Source: an uncultured Candidatus Peribacteria bacterium
GTDB lineage: Bacteria; Patescibacteriota; Gracilibacteria; UBA1369
NCBI GenBank assembly: GCA_964424075.1
Contig: CAYRGY010000003.1
Span: 42,985 to 106,984 of the forward strand
Length of the DNA stretch: 64,000 nt
Reading direction: 5' to 3'
The notes beneath the pieces are model-generated. The model ran no database searches and was not told the origin of the DNA. It was given only the letters and a program-made list of their open reading frames with translations. Shown here one piece after another: positions 56,548 through 64,000 of the stretch. Position numbers and translations under genes: made by a program. Each line of letters opens with the position of its first letter. Positions within the stretch are counted from its first letter, which is position 1.

Positions 56548-56548
56548 A

Positions 56549-56623
56549 TGGTAGCGATACGGGGAATCGAACCCCGGTTTCAAGGATGAAAACCTTGCGT
56601 CCTAACCACTAGACGATATCGCC
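56549..56623 (-). tRNA. tRNA-Glu (anticodon UUC), CCA encoded
   Basis: The reverse complement GGCGATATCGTCTAGTGGTTAGGACGCAAGGTTTTCATCCTTGAAACCGGGGTTCGATTCCCCGTATCGCTACCA folds into a cloverleaf. It has a 7-bp acceptor stem (first pair G-U), D arm GTCT/GGAC, anticodon stem CAAGG/CCTTG with loop TTTTCAT, and T arm CGGGG-TTCGATT-CCCCG. Confidence 0.93.
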
Positions 56624-57082
56624 ATATTGGTCTACCTGTAGGTAGTTATTCAGATCTGTCGGCCAGTTGCACGGCCAACTAGCGAAAGCATTATAGGTAA
56701 AAAGAGCCTAAAGTCAAATGGAATTCACAGCATCTATCTCTACTAACTTAGGTATAATTCTTAGAATATACCTATAATCTATCCTTGATCCTCAGAAAAT
56801 TGCTCATCTATAATTTTTTTCAATACGTTTCAAAACAACATCATCATTCACCTTAACCAGAACCTCTTTCAATCCAAAAATCCTGGCAAGTCTTATCGAA
56901 CAAAGAGGTACTTCAAAAAGCTTAGTAGAGTTAAAAGTCATGTTAGCTATTTGGTTAAAGTATGAGAATTAATTAAACTCACAAACTGTTAATAGTATAT
57001 TATAAACTACAAGTTGCATCTATATTAGATATTTGACACTTAGGCTTATCAGTATTAACTTTTAGCCAATATAATTCAAAAC

Positions 57083-57571
57083 ATGAACACCCCCGACAGC
57101 TATCAGATTAAGGATGCGAATATTCAAGGACGACTCATTGTGAGTCACCCAGAATCCGGCAAAAACTATAAACTGGATGCGATAGACACAGAGATTAATG
57201 TTATCGAATCAGAACTCATCGAATTTGATCCCGAAAAAGAGCACCCGATTTTAGACTATTTTCGTGTTCAAACCAGTTTTTTAAATGAAATGCTCAGACA
57301 AATCGATGTAGAAATGACTGAGGGAAACGTAAAAAAATTCGCTTATCTCTTGGCAATAGTCTGTCAATATCGTCTAATCGACGGTCGCATCGAATGGGGA
57401 GATCACGACACTCGGGCTAAAACCAAAAATGCTAAGTTTAGAATTGAAAAAAACTTCCCTAAGTACGCTGAAGCGTTGGGAATTGAAAAATCACTGTTCA
57501 CGCTGGCCGATCGCTTCATTGAAACCCGCTTTCAAGTGGAAAGCGTACTTAATCAAATAGCCGGAGAATAA
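57083..57571 (+). CDS. hypothetical protein (orphan ORF in an AT-rich low-density region)
   Basis: 162-aa ORF with no recognisable motif. It is flanked by 460 and 285 nt of non-coding DNA. Confidence 0.5.
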   Translation: MNTPDSYQIKDANIQGRLIVSHPESGKNYKLDAIDTEINVIESELIEFDPEKEHPILDYFRVQTSFLNEMLRQIDVEMTEGNVKKFAYLLAIVCQYRLIDGRIEWGDHDTRAKTKNAKFRIEKNFPKYAEALGIEKSLFTLADRFIETRFQVESVLNQIAGE

Positions 57572-57856
57572 CTAGCAAACTTATGTCCATCTCACCACAA
57601 TGCGATCTATGCACAAAATAAATTTTACCATTACCGAAATAGACGTTGATGACGCCTGCATACCCTGGGAAGCTCCTCATGCAATTGCCTATCCCTAAAC
57701 TAATTAATATCGCTTATGAAACAAAAAGACACCGGTTTAAAACCAGAGCGGCATAGCGCTTGCACCCTTCTGATCTAGCTGTATTGCAACAATTTGCACC
57801 GGATAAAGTGCTAGCCAGAAGGATTGGAATTGAATATCAAGACTAAGAAATAGTCA

Positions 57857-58837
57857 CTAAGAAGCCTCCAACTCATCAATAATTTCCCTGGCCCGATCTT
57901 TGATATGCCTGGCAATCGGTTGTGTTTCATTATTTGCCTCCCAAGCTTCGGTTGCTTTTTCAATTGTTTGATTAGCCCAATCCAATGCCTGATCGGAATC
58001 ATTCTGTAAAGCACTGATATAGGCATTAACCAAATAGTCATAAGCTCTGGCAATCTTTGCCGCCCCCAAGACTACATTGTTTTCCGGCATATTAGAATAC
58101 GCCTGCTGAGTTAAATCCACACCCAGTTCAGCAGCACGTTTGGCACTAACAATGTCATTTGAAGCAATATATATTTCGATTTGAGCCATTTGCGCTTCAG
58201 ATTCATCAATTAAAAATTGAGTGTTTTTTCCATTCAAAATTACAATCATTAAATACAGAATTTCTGAAACCTCCGCTCTGGAAAGTTGCTTCCCCGGCTC
58301 CAGATTATTCTCCTCAGACGGCGTAATTAAACCGGCCTTACCCGCATAATTCATATATGGAGTAAACCACTCCTGCTCAGGCACATCTTCATATAGCTTT
58401 TGATTCTCCCATTGCTCATTCTTAAAACCAATACTATTCAAAAGAATTTTCAAAAACTCACTGCGCGCCACGGAACGATCCGGAGCATAAGTCCCATCAG
58501 GATTGCCATTAATCACACCTTTTTCTTTCCCATAAGCAACATATTTGGCAAACCAAGCATCTTCCGGGACATCAGAAAACAAATCGGCTGTCTCCAAATT
58601 CTCATCGATTTCTATGGTCAGCCCTTCAAAAATAATTTTGAGAGCTTCCGCACGATTAACTAGTTTATCAGGCTGAAATGTCCCATCTTCATAACCTTGC
58701 AACACTGCTTTCTCACTAAGATAATTAATTGCAACATAATGAGGATCAGTATTGGTAACATCGGAATAGGCAAAAGCCAGACCATTAAAAGTCATAATTC
58801 CGACAGTCAGCACCAACAATTTAGCTAGAGTTTTCAT
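57857..58837 (-). CDS. S-layer homology (SLH) domain protein with a C-terminal helical domain
   Basis: 326-aa ORF with a signal peptide (LAFA/YS) and three SLH repeats: YSDVTNTDPHYVAINYL...VNRAEALKII, FSDVPEDAWFAKYVAYG...VARSEFLKIL and YEDVPEQEWFTPYMNYA...LSRAEVSEIL. A ~130-aa alpha-helical region follows. Confidence 0.8.
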   Translation of the reverse strand: MKTLAKLLVLTVGIMTFNGLAFAYSDVTNTDPHYVAINYLSEKAVLQGYEDGTFQPDKLVNRAEALKIIFEGLTIEIDENLETADLFSDVPEDAWFAKYVAYGKEKGVINGNPDGTYAPDRSVARSEFLKILLNSIGFKNEQWENQKLYEDVPEQEWFTPYMNYAGKAGLITPSEENNLEPGKQLSRAEVSEILYLMIVILNGKNTQFLIDESEAQMAQIEIYIASNDIVSAKRAAELGVDLTQQAYSNMPENNVVLGAAKIARAYDYLVNAYISALQNDSDQALDWANQTIEKATEAWEANNETQPIARHIKDRAREIIDELEAS

Positions 58838-58889
58838 TTTTTTGTTTTATTATTGCAATAATTTTAGACTAAATCTCGAATTTTCACAA

Positions 58890-58926
58890 CAAAAAAGCGC
58901 TCTCCCTTATACCAAGGAAAAGCGCT
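58890..58926 (-). terminator. strong Rho-independent terminator after the 543-aa surface protein gene
   Basis: On the minus strand: a 13-bp stem AGCGCUUUUCCUU-GGUAU-AAGGGAGAGCGCU (two G-U pairs) followed by UUUUUUG. It starts 15 nt after the stop codon. Confidence 0.8.
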
Positions 58927-58940
58927 TCGAAAATCTAATC

Positions 58941-60572
58941 TTAATTACTGTAGTTCAATTTCAATTGCCCAATATTTGCTTCACCATCATTAGGATTATC
59001 ATCAGCCATTAATGTTACCACAAACTCTGCAATTTCTCCTGCTGTCAGGGTACAAGCACCCACTGCAGTTGATCCGTTGTTAACCCATACACCTCCTGTC
59101 ACACTGGCAAGTTGTCCTGAATCGCCACAAGAAGTTCCACCAATATCATCCAACAGTTGAACTTGCACCCAGTTATCAGTAGTACCTGCAACAGCAGTCA
59201 TATATTCATATTCAAAAGTTGAAGCCGTAGAATAGTCACTAGGAACAGGGAAACTAAATCTTAATTGAATTTGTTGTGGATTATTCCTATTGGTTGTCCA
59301 TCGATAATAATTTCCATCAGTAGTGTCATAAAGAGCATCCAAACGACCACGACTATTTGCCCCATTGTTTTGATATACAACTGTATCGGGATATTCAGGA
59401 TCGAAAACCAACACATCATTTTCAGCGCTAAGAGCAGTATTCAAATCTCCAATTTCACTATCAATGGATTCCAATGCGTCTTGAAGATCAGTTACAGTTC
59501 CAACAGGATCAATATTTTCCAGATTTGCACCTGTATCTTCCACACCGACTAAAGAAGCACCTTCACCATTGGCAGTTGAAACGAATTGATTGATAGCATC
59601 TAAAATACCAATTGCGCCAAATGTCACATCCAATCCGTCATCTCCTGTAGAAAGGGAAACCGGAGAAGTCATATCATCATCTTGGAAAGTAATATCACCG
59701 GTTGTCAATACATCAAATGTTGCAGCATTGAAATCAATATTGTTTACATTTGTATAGTTAAGATTACCAGTACCTCCCAAATCATAAGTGATGCTTCCTC
59801 CACTAGTATCGAATGTACCATCATCATTGGCATAAATATCCTCAAAGTCAGGACCAATCCAAGCTGATCCGGCAGCATTACATGAATAAAGCTGATCAGA
59901 TGTTTGATCAAAATAGATTGAACCAGGAGTACATGGTGTACCTGGAAGACCGACACCAGTAGGAATAACTAAAGTACCTGCAGAAGCATCCACAGTTCCA
60001 GTTCCATCAATAGTAAGAGTTCCACCTTGATAAGTATCAGAAGTATCACTTCTCAAGAATTGTGTGGAATCCAATCCATCCAGAAGATCTGCATTACCTG
60101 AAACAGCAGTCCAAGTATCGGTTGCTGTATCCGTACAAAGATACAATTGTTCACTGGCGGGTCCGATATCAACAGCTAATTCGCCATCTGTTGTACAAGC
60201 CGGTGCATTTCCCACTCCTGTAAACACTCCTCCAAAATCTACTTCCCTTATTCTCATACTATCAGCAGCAGAAAAATTTACATTTCCATCTGCTTCGACA
60301 TCGCCGGAAATATCCAGATTTCCAGTAACATCAACTGTACTATTGATTAGGAACTCACTTAGACCATTATCCCAGATAATAGTACCGTCTGTTCCATCAT
60401 TACCCATTTGCAAGGTAACATCGACATCTCCTCCAGAATAGTCAGAATCAATCAACAGACCTTCGGAAAGAATGTCATGGAAATCGTCATCCTGGAAAAG
60501 GATAGCTGCATTAGCAGTAGCTGACATTGTCAATAAACTGACTGCCGCAAGTGTACTAATAAGTTTTTTCAT
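58941..60572 (-). CDS. secreted Thr/Gly/Asp/Asn-rich fibre-like surface protein (tail-fibre-like motifs), paralog A
   Basis: 543-aa ORF with a signal peptide (TANA/A) and almost no Lys/Arg. Motifs include LLDGLDSTQFLRSD, two Cys-bracketed repeats (CTTDGELAVD..EQLYLC......W and CTPGSIYFD..DQLYSC......W), and a C-terminal ~155-aa domain shared with the upstream paralog. Confidence 0.7.
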   Translation of the reverse strand: MKKLISTLAAVSLLTMSATANAAILFQDDDFHDILSEGLLIDSDYSGGDVDVTLQMGNDGTDGTIIWDNGLSEFLINSTVDVTGNLDISGDVEADGNVNFSAADSMRIREVDFGGVFTGVGNAPACTTDGELAVDIGPASEQLYLCTDTATDTWTAVSGNADLLDGLDSTQFLRSDTSDTYQGGTLTIDGTGTVDASAGTLVIPTGVGLPGTPCTPGSIYFDQTSDQLYSCNAAGSAWIGPDFEDIYANDDGTFDTSGGSITYDLGGTGNLNYTNVNNIDFNAATFDVLTTGDITFQDDDMTSPVSLSTGDDGLDVTFGAIGILDAINQFVSTANGEGASLVGVEDTGANLENIDPVGTVTDLQDALESIDSEIGDLNTALSAENDVLVFDPEYPDTVVYQNNGANSRGRLDALYDTTDGNYYRWTTNRNNPQQIQLRFSFPVPSDYSTASTFEYEYMTAVAGTTDNWVQVQLLDDIGGTSCGDSGQLASVTGGVWVNNGSTAVGACTLTAGEIAEFVVTLMADDNPNDGEANIGQLKLNYSN

Positions 60573-60613
60573 TTTGATTTTGGTTATTAAATCTTAATAT
60601 TATAACATAAATT

Positions 60614-61876
60614 TTATGATCCAACAAAGTTCAATTTCATTTTTCCGGCAAATGCTGCCCCTGAACTGTTGGCTGAGAGCTTAACTTTGATAGTTATCGA
60701 CTCCCCTGCAGTAATAGTAGGAACGCCTACAAAACCAATTGTAGTGGAAGTCCAACTTGAAGAAACCAAACCAGACGCACCGGTTAAACCTACACTAGCT
60801 CCTAAAGTATCTTCCATTTCAATATCAAGCTGATTGTTAACAACATCCCCATCCAAAGTCCTGTACTCAAATTCAATAGGAGACACACTGTCAAAAGCTA
60901 CAAATCCTTCAGGGATTTTAAATCTTAATACTAAATCCGTATCTTGCTTGACGCCGTTCCTGGTAGTCCATTGATAATAGTTTTTATTATCATTCCCCGG
61001 CACGCCGTCATTATCAACAAAGAATACTTCCATCTTACCCCGGTTGTCAGACCCATCCCCATTGATAACCGTATCAGCATAAACCGGTTCATAAACTATG
61101 CTTTGCGCATATGGACCGACCGGAGCGCCATTAACAGTTAAGTCACCTTCAATATTAACTGAATCATTAAAATTGAAATAACCCATATCCAAATCATATT
61201 CTAAAATTTTGCCTAAAGTTCTGCCAAATTGAAGAATAATTGACCCTGTTCCAGCAATCTCGACAGAATTGTCCTGATCTAAAACAAAAGCTTCTTGATT
61301 TACTCCATCCGGTAGAATTGAGAAATCCAGGATTCCACTTCCATCCAAAATCGGAATTTCAAATGGACCAAAACCCACATCATAATTATCAACTGTGTCA
61401 GCATTTATAGTATAAGGCACAGACGTAATCGGTTTTCGATCCTCAGCATTATCTATTCCATCAGGATCAAGCACTTCAAAAGCGCCACCACCACTTGGTC
61501 TGACTTCCACCTGCAAATATAAATCCTCAGCCAAAGTAAAATTGGGTAAAGTCATTTGACTACCTAATTGAACTGTAAAAATTCCTTCAACATTGGGAGT
61601 TACGGTATAAGTTTCCTCCCATGAAGTAAATCCGGCGGCACCTGGATCAATTAACGTTCCACTAAAATCAGTCGGGTCAACATCCGCATCAGTCCAGATA
61701 CTAAAACGAATATCATGAGGCGTCTTTATCGAATCTCCAAGTGAATCATTAAGCTTGGCTGTATAGGTCATGGTATATGGAGCAGTTGTCACTCCCGGAG
61801 GAGGCGCTGCTATAACAGATGTATATAAGAGCAATACTCCAACTACTATAATCAGATTTTTCAAAATTTTTTTCAT
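60614..61876 (-). CDS. secreted fibre-like surface protein, paralog B
   Basis: The preferred start is the ATG at 61876 (MKKILKNLIIVVGVLLLYTSVIAAPPPG signal); the track start is 61921. The C-terminal domain is alignable to paralog A: YEPVYADTV vs FDPEYPDTV, NRGKM vs SRGRL, YYQWTTR vs YYRWTTN, LRFKIP vs LRFSFP, FEYRT vs FEYEY, TAGESI vs TAGEIA, and GKMKLNF vs GQLKLNY. Confidence 0.7.
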   Translation of the reverse strand: MKKILKNLIIVVGVLLLYTSVIAAPPPGVTTAPYTMTYTAKLNDSLGDSIKTPHDIRFSIWTDADVDPTDFSGTLIDPGAAGFTSWEETYTVTPNVEGIFTVQLGSQMTLPNFTLAEDLYLQVEVRPSGGGAFEVLDPDGIDNAEDRKPITSVPYTINADTVDNYDVGFGPFEIPILDGSGILDFSILPDGVNQEAFVLDQDNSVEIAGTGSIILQFGRTLGKILEYDLDMGYFNFNDSVNIEGDLTVNGAPVGPYAQSIVYEPVYADTVINGDGSDNRGKMEVFFVDNDGVPGNDNKNYYQWTTRNGVKQDTDLVLRFKIPEGFVAFDSVSPIEFEYRTLDGDVVNNQLDIEMEDTLGASVGLTGASGLVSSSWTSTTIGFVGVPTITAGESITIKVKLSANSSGAAFAGKMKLNFVGS

Positions 61877-61909
61877 TTTCGCTTTTGGCACACTTTGAAT
61901 TATCCAATT

Positions 61910-61938
61910 ATTATAACACAATTGTTAAATCGACTCAA
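61910..61938 (-). promoter_or_regulatory. extended -10 sigma70-type promoter for the surface-fibre operon
   Basis: On the minus strand: TTGAGT, a 17-nt spacer ending in TGT, then TATAAT, 34 nt upstream of the ATG at 61876. Confidence 0.5.
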
Positions 61939-62012
61939 TGGATTTGACTGCAGGATTATTTACTTATTCTACTGATTTTCGTATGTTCTTTATCTAACAA
62001 TTACAAATAAAA

Positions 62013-62258
62013 ATGCTTATTCAAGTAGATAGAAATCTTTGTATCGGAGCTGCTCCTTGCGTAGCAATTGCCGGAGACGTTTTTCAACTCGATGATGAAG
62101 GAAAAGCAATTGTGATCGGCCCCAGCACAGATGATCAAAACACCAGATTAGCAGCAGAAGCTTGTCCCGTTCGAGCCATTTTTCTATATGAAGATGATAA
62201 AACTCAAATTTTCCCTCCTCCCGAAGAAATAAGCCAACCCTATCAGGGAAACAACTAA
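62013..62258 (+). CDS. small ferredoxin (single Fe-S cluster type)
   Basis: 81-aa ORF with DRNLCIGAAPC...EACPVRAI, the pattern of single-cluster ferredoxins. Confidence 0.85.
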   Translation: MLIQVDRNLCIGAAPCVAIAGDVFQLDDEGKAIVIGPSTDDQNTRLAAEACPVRAIFLYEDDKTQIFPPPEEISQPYQGNN

Positions 62259-62261
62259 TCC

Positions 62262-63227
62262 ATGGGCAAAAACCAAATTCTTCCCTATCAAAGAATCTGG
62301 AATCACATCAGTCAGGCTAACAATATTGTCATCATCTCTCATCGCAGCCCTGACCCTGATTCTATAGGTAGTAATTTGTCTCTCAAACAAGCAATTCAAC
62401 TTCAAAATCCAGCTTGTAAAGTGCTCTCCGTTTGCATTGATCCTGTACCTAACAATTGCCTTTTTTTGCATCAAGCAGATAAATTTCAGCCCAATCTACC
62501 CGACATTAAACCCGACCTTTTCATCACTGTTGATTGCAGTAATCAATCTCAAGCTGCTTTTCCTCAAAATTACCCGAAAGCATTTCAAGATATTGACCTG
62601 ATCAACATAGATCATCATGAAAGCAATGACTTTTTTGGTAATTTTCACCTAGTAGATAGCAAATTATCCTCAACTTGTGAGCTATTAACTAGCATGCTAA
62701 TCAACCTAAATCTAAACATAAACCGGCAGATGGCAACCTGCCTATTGATGGGAATTTACTATGACACTGGAAGTTTTATGCACACCAATATAACTGATAA
62801 TACTTTTAAAATAGCAGAATATCTTGTCAAAAAAGGTGCTGATCATCAACAAATCGTGCAAAAACTTTTTCGCAATTTCACTCTTTCCAAATTTCACCTC
62901 TGGGGCAAAATTCTCGACTCCAGCAAATTAACCTCAAAACGCCATTTAATTTCAGTAATTTCCAATGATGAATTGGAAAATTCTCCCTCTGAAGACTTGA
63001 GCGGTGTCATTGACTACCTTTGTTCAGCCAAAGAGTGTGATTTAAGCATGCTACTGACAGAAAAAGATAATCAGCAATTGAAAGGATCTATTCGCACCAA
63101 TCAAAATAATCTTAACGTTGCCAAAATCGCCAAAAAATTTGGCGGTGGAGGCCATACCAAGGCTGCAGGTTTTACCATAAATGGCAAAGTCGAAAAACAA
63201 ACTGTTTGGAGAATCAAACCCGCATAG
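62262..63227 (+). CDS. nrnA: DHH/DHHA1 phosphoesterase (NrnA-like oligoribonuclease/pAp phosphatase)
   Basis: 321-aa ORF with ISHRSPDPDSIGS, NIDHH, and the C-terminal GGGGHTKAAG. Confidence 0.85.
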   Translation: MGKNQILPYQRIWNHISQANNIVIISHRSPDPDSIGSNLSLKQAIQLQNPACKVLSVCIDPVPNNCLFLHQADKFQPNLPDIKPDLFITVDCSNQSQAAFPQNYPKAFQDIDLINIDHHESNDFFGNFHLVDSKLSSTCELLTSMLINLNLNINRQMATCLLMGIYYDTGSFMHTNITDNTFKIAEYLVKKGADHQQIVQKLFRNFTLSKFHLWGKILDSSKLTSKRHLISVISNDELENSPSEDLSGVIDYLCSAKECDLSMLLTEKDNQQLKGSIRTNQNNLNVAKIAKKFGGGGHTKAAGFTINGKVEKQTVWRIKPA

Positions 63228-63229
63228 AT

Positions 63230-63520
63230 TTAATCCTTCTCATCCATAAAAGGAGGGATTCTTTCTTCGGTATCATTTAAATCGCCGTTTTGACTACCCA
63301 TCATTTCACTTAGAACATAATACACTGCACTTTTAGTCCCCAAAGATACATTAAGATCATCTAAACTTCTGGAATTATTATCATTAAGCAGCTTCAATAT
63401 CAATCCCTTAACTTCATGCTCACTAATCCCAAAATGTTTTGATGTCATAAATTTTTCTTCCACTACTTGTAATTCAGTAGGCATACTTAGATCTGCTTTT
63501 TTACATTCCAGTTTTGACAT
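63230..63520 (-). CDS. hypothetical small protein
   Basis: 96-aa ORF converging on nrnA with a 2-nt gap. It may contain a helix-turn-helix-like core (GISEHEVKGLILKLLNDNNSRSLDDL), which is unverified. Confidence 0.4.
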   Translation of the reverse strand: MSKLECKKADLSMPTELQVVEEKFMTSKHFGISEHEVKGLILKLLNDNNSRSLDDLNVSLGTKSAVYYVLSEMMGSQNGDLNDTEERIPPFMDEKD

Positions 63521-63692
63521 AATTAAAATTTAGACTTTGCCATTGTCTATAAACTTTTTCTTCAAATCAAGAGCAATTTGATCTTTTTCCAGTATTTCAA
63601 TTTATGAGTCAATGCAGATACAATAAATAGTCTTTTCAAATCAAAACCCTATCGTTACTATTCAGCTACTATATCTATGGTATCTAGTTTGA

Positions 63693-64000
63693 ATGACTAC
63701 TATAAAACAAATCAAGAAAAGCACCGGTGAACTAAACGAATTCCAACTAGCTAAAGTAGTAAACTCCATTGCCCAAGCCAAAGTAGAGGACAATTTGAAT
63801 CCTCAACAACTGGCAGATAAAGCTATTGGCTTCTTGAATGTATTAAATAGTAGTCCCGAAAGCACATTCACAACTCAACAATTAAAAGCTCTCATCATCA
63901 GATTACTGGAAGAAGAAGACTTTCCTCAGACAGCGCTGAAGTACCAACAATTTCATAAAGAAGCTGATCAATTTTCAAATTCAACCTATAATTCCAAGCA
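63693..64000 (+). CDS. ATP-cone domain protein, N-terminal fragment (probably a ribonucleotide reductase or its regulator); continues beyond the window
   Basis: The ATG at 63693 opens a frame that stays open to the window end. MTTIKQIKKSTGELNEFQLAKVVNSIAQA...TTQQLKALIIRLLEEEDFPQTALKYQQFHKE matches the ATP-cone pattern (IKR.G....F...KI..SI......T...I...V...L......A..Y..Y). Confidence 0.55.
   Translation, partial: MTTIKQIKKSTGELNEFQLAKVVNSIAQAKVEDNLNPQQLADKAIGFLNVLNSSPESTFTTQQLKALIIRLLEEEDFPQTALKYQQFHKEADQFSNSTYNSK

Noticed and set aside
56549-57856. Integrative element or prophage remnant inserted at tRNA-Glu.
   Set aside because: No integrase, recombinase or phage genes are present, and no direct repeat of the tRNA 3' end was seen. 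The gap lies on the 5' side of the tRNA, whereas integration normally targets the 3' end. It is kept only as a low-interest variable-region finding.
58941-61876. Diversity-generating retroelement targeting the paralogous C-terminal domains.
   Set aside because: Similarity between the paralogs is at protein level only. No near-identical template/variable DNA repeat pair was seen, and no reverse transcriptase is in the window.
63600-63692. AT-rich partial palindromes (ACAATAAATAGT and ACTATATCTATGGT) upstream of the ATP-cone gene, considered as NrdR boxes.
   Set aside because: The match to the NrdR box consensus is weak, and the spacing (~49 bp) does not fit the usual helical phasing of tandem boxes. 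They cannot be distinguished from AT-rich background by eye.
1-64000. Alternative genetic code with UGA recoded, as in some candidate phyla.
   Set aside because: Conserved genes terminate at TGA at the expected protein ends (for example the receiver gene at 11564-11566 and the ORF ending at 56545-56547), and they have no in-frame TGA.

Overview
The window is densely coding and low-GC. It uses the standard code, because TGA clearly acts as a stop (for example at 11564-11566 and 56545-56547). Several traits point to a reduced-genome Patescibacteria/CPR-like bacterium, but this is inference only. These traits are tiny or overlapping gene junctions (TAATG/ATGA type), no Shine-Dalgarno motifs, SLH-anchored wall proteins, phosphoketolase/Pta/AckA fermentation genes, pilus genes and many Lys-rich protein tails.

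Contents in order:
- an alpha-glucan operon (GH15-like, GH57, glycogen-synthase-like GT)
- a sugar-phosphate block (gpmI, xth, LOG, tkt, pgi, tal, orphan receiver, phosphoketolase with a histone-H1-like tail, HAD)
- dus, a YgjP-like peptidase, and a small basic protein followed by ftsQ and sbp
- an operon of an unknown 193-aa protein, PilT and five tandem VirB2/TrbC-like pilin paralogs
- metG
- a type IV pilus operon (PilN/O-like, PilC, four minor-pilin-like genes)
- RNHCP-tilS-ftsH-hsp20-galU, a methyltransferase and a TPR protein
- RNase P RNA
- a sugar transferase, secA, ftsK and gltX
- pta-ackA fused to an unusual GT28 gene
- a large PP2C-like/propeller membrane protein
- rpmH-rnpA-yidC-jag, an SLH-RlpA protein and tRNA-Glu
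- a low-density gap
- an SLH protein plus two paralogous secreted fibre-like proteins
- ferredoxin, nrnA, and the start of an ATP-cone protein

No CRISPR array, transposase, integrase or rRNA was seen.

The best candidates for undescribed biology are the PilT/VirB2-like pilin array operon (18.9-23.2 kb) and the SLH-linked tail-fibre-like surface protein operon (57.9-61.9 kb). All family assignments come from motif recognition by eye. No database search was run.
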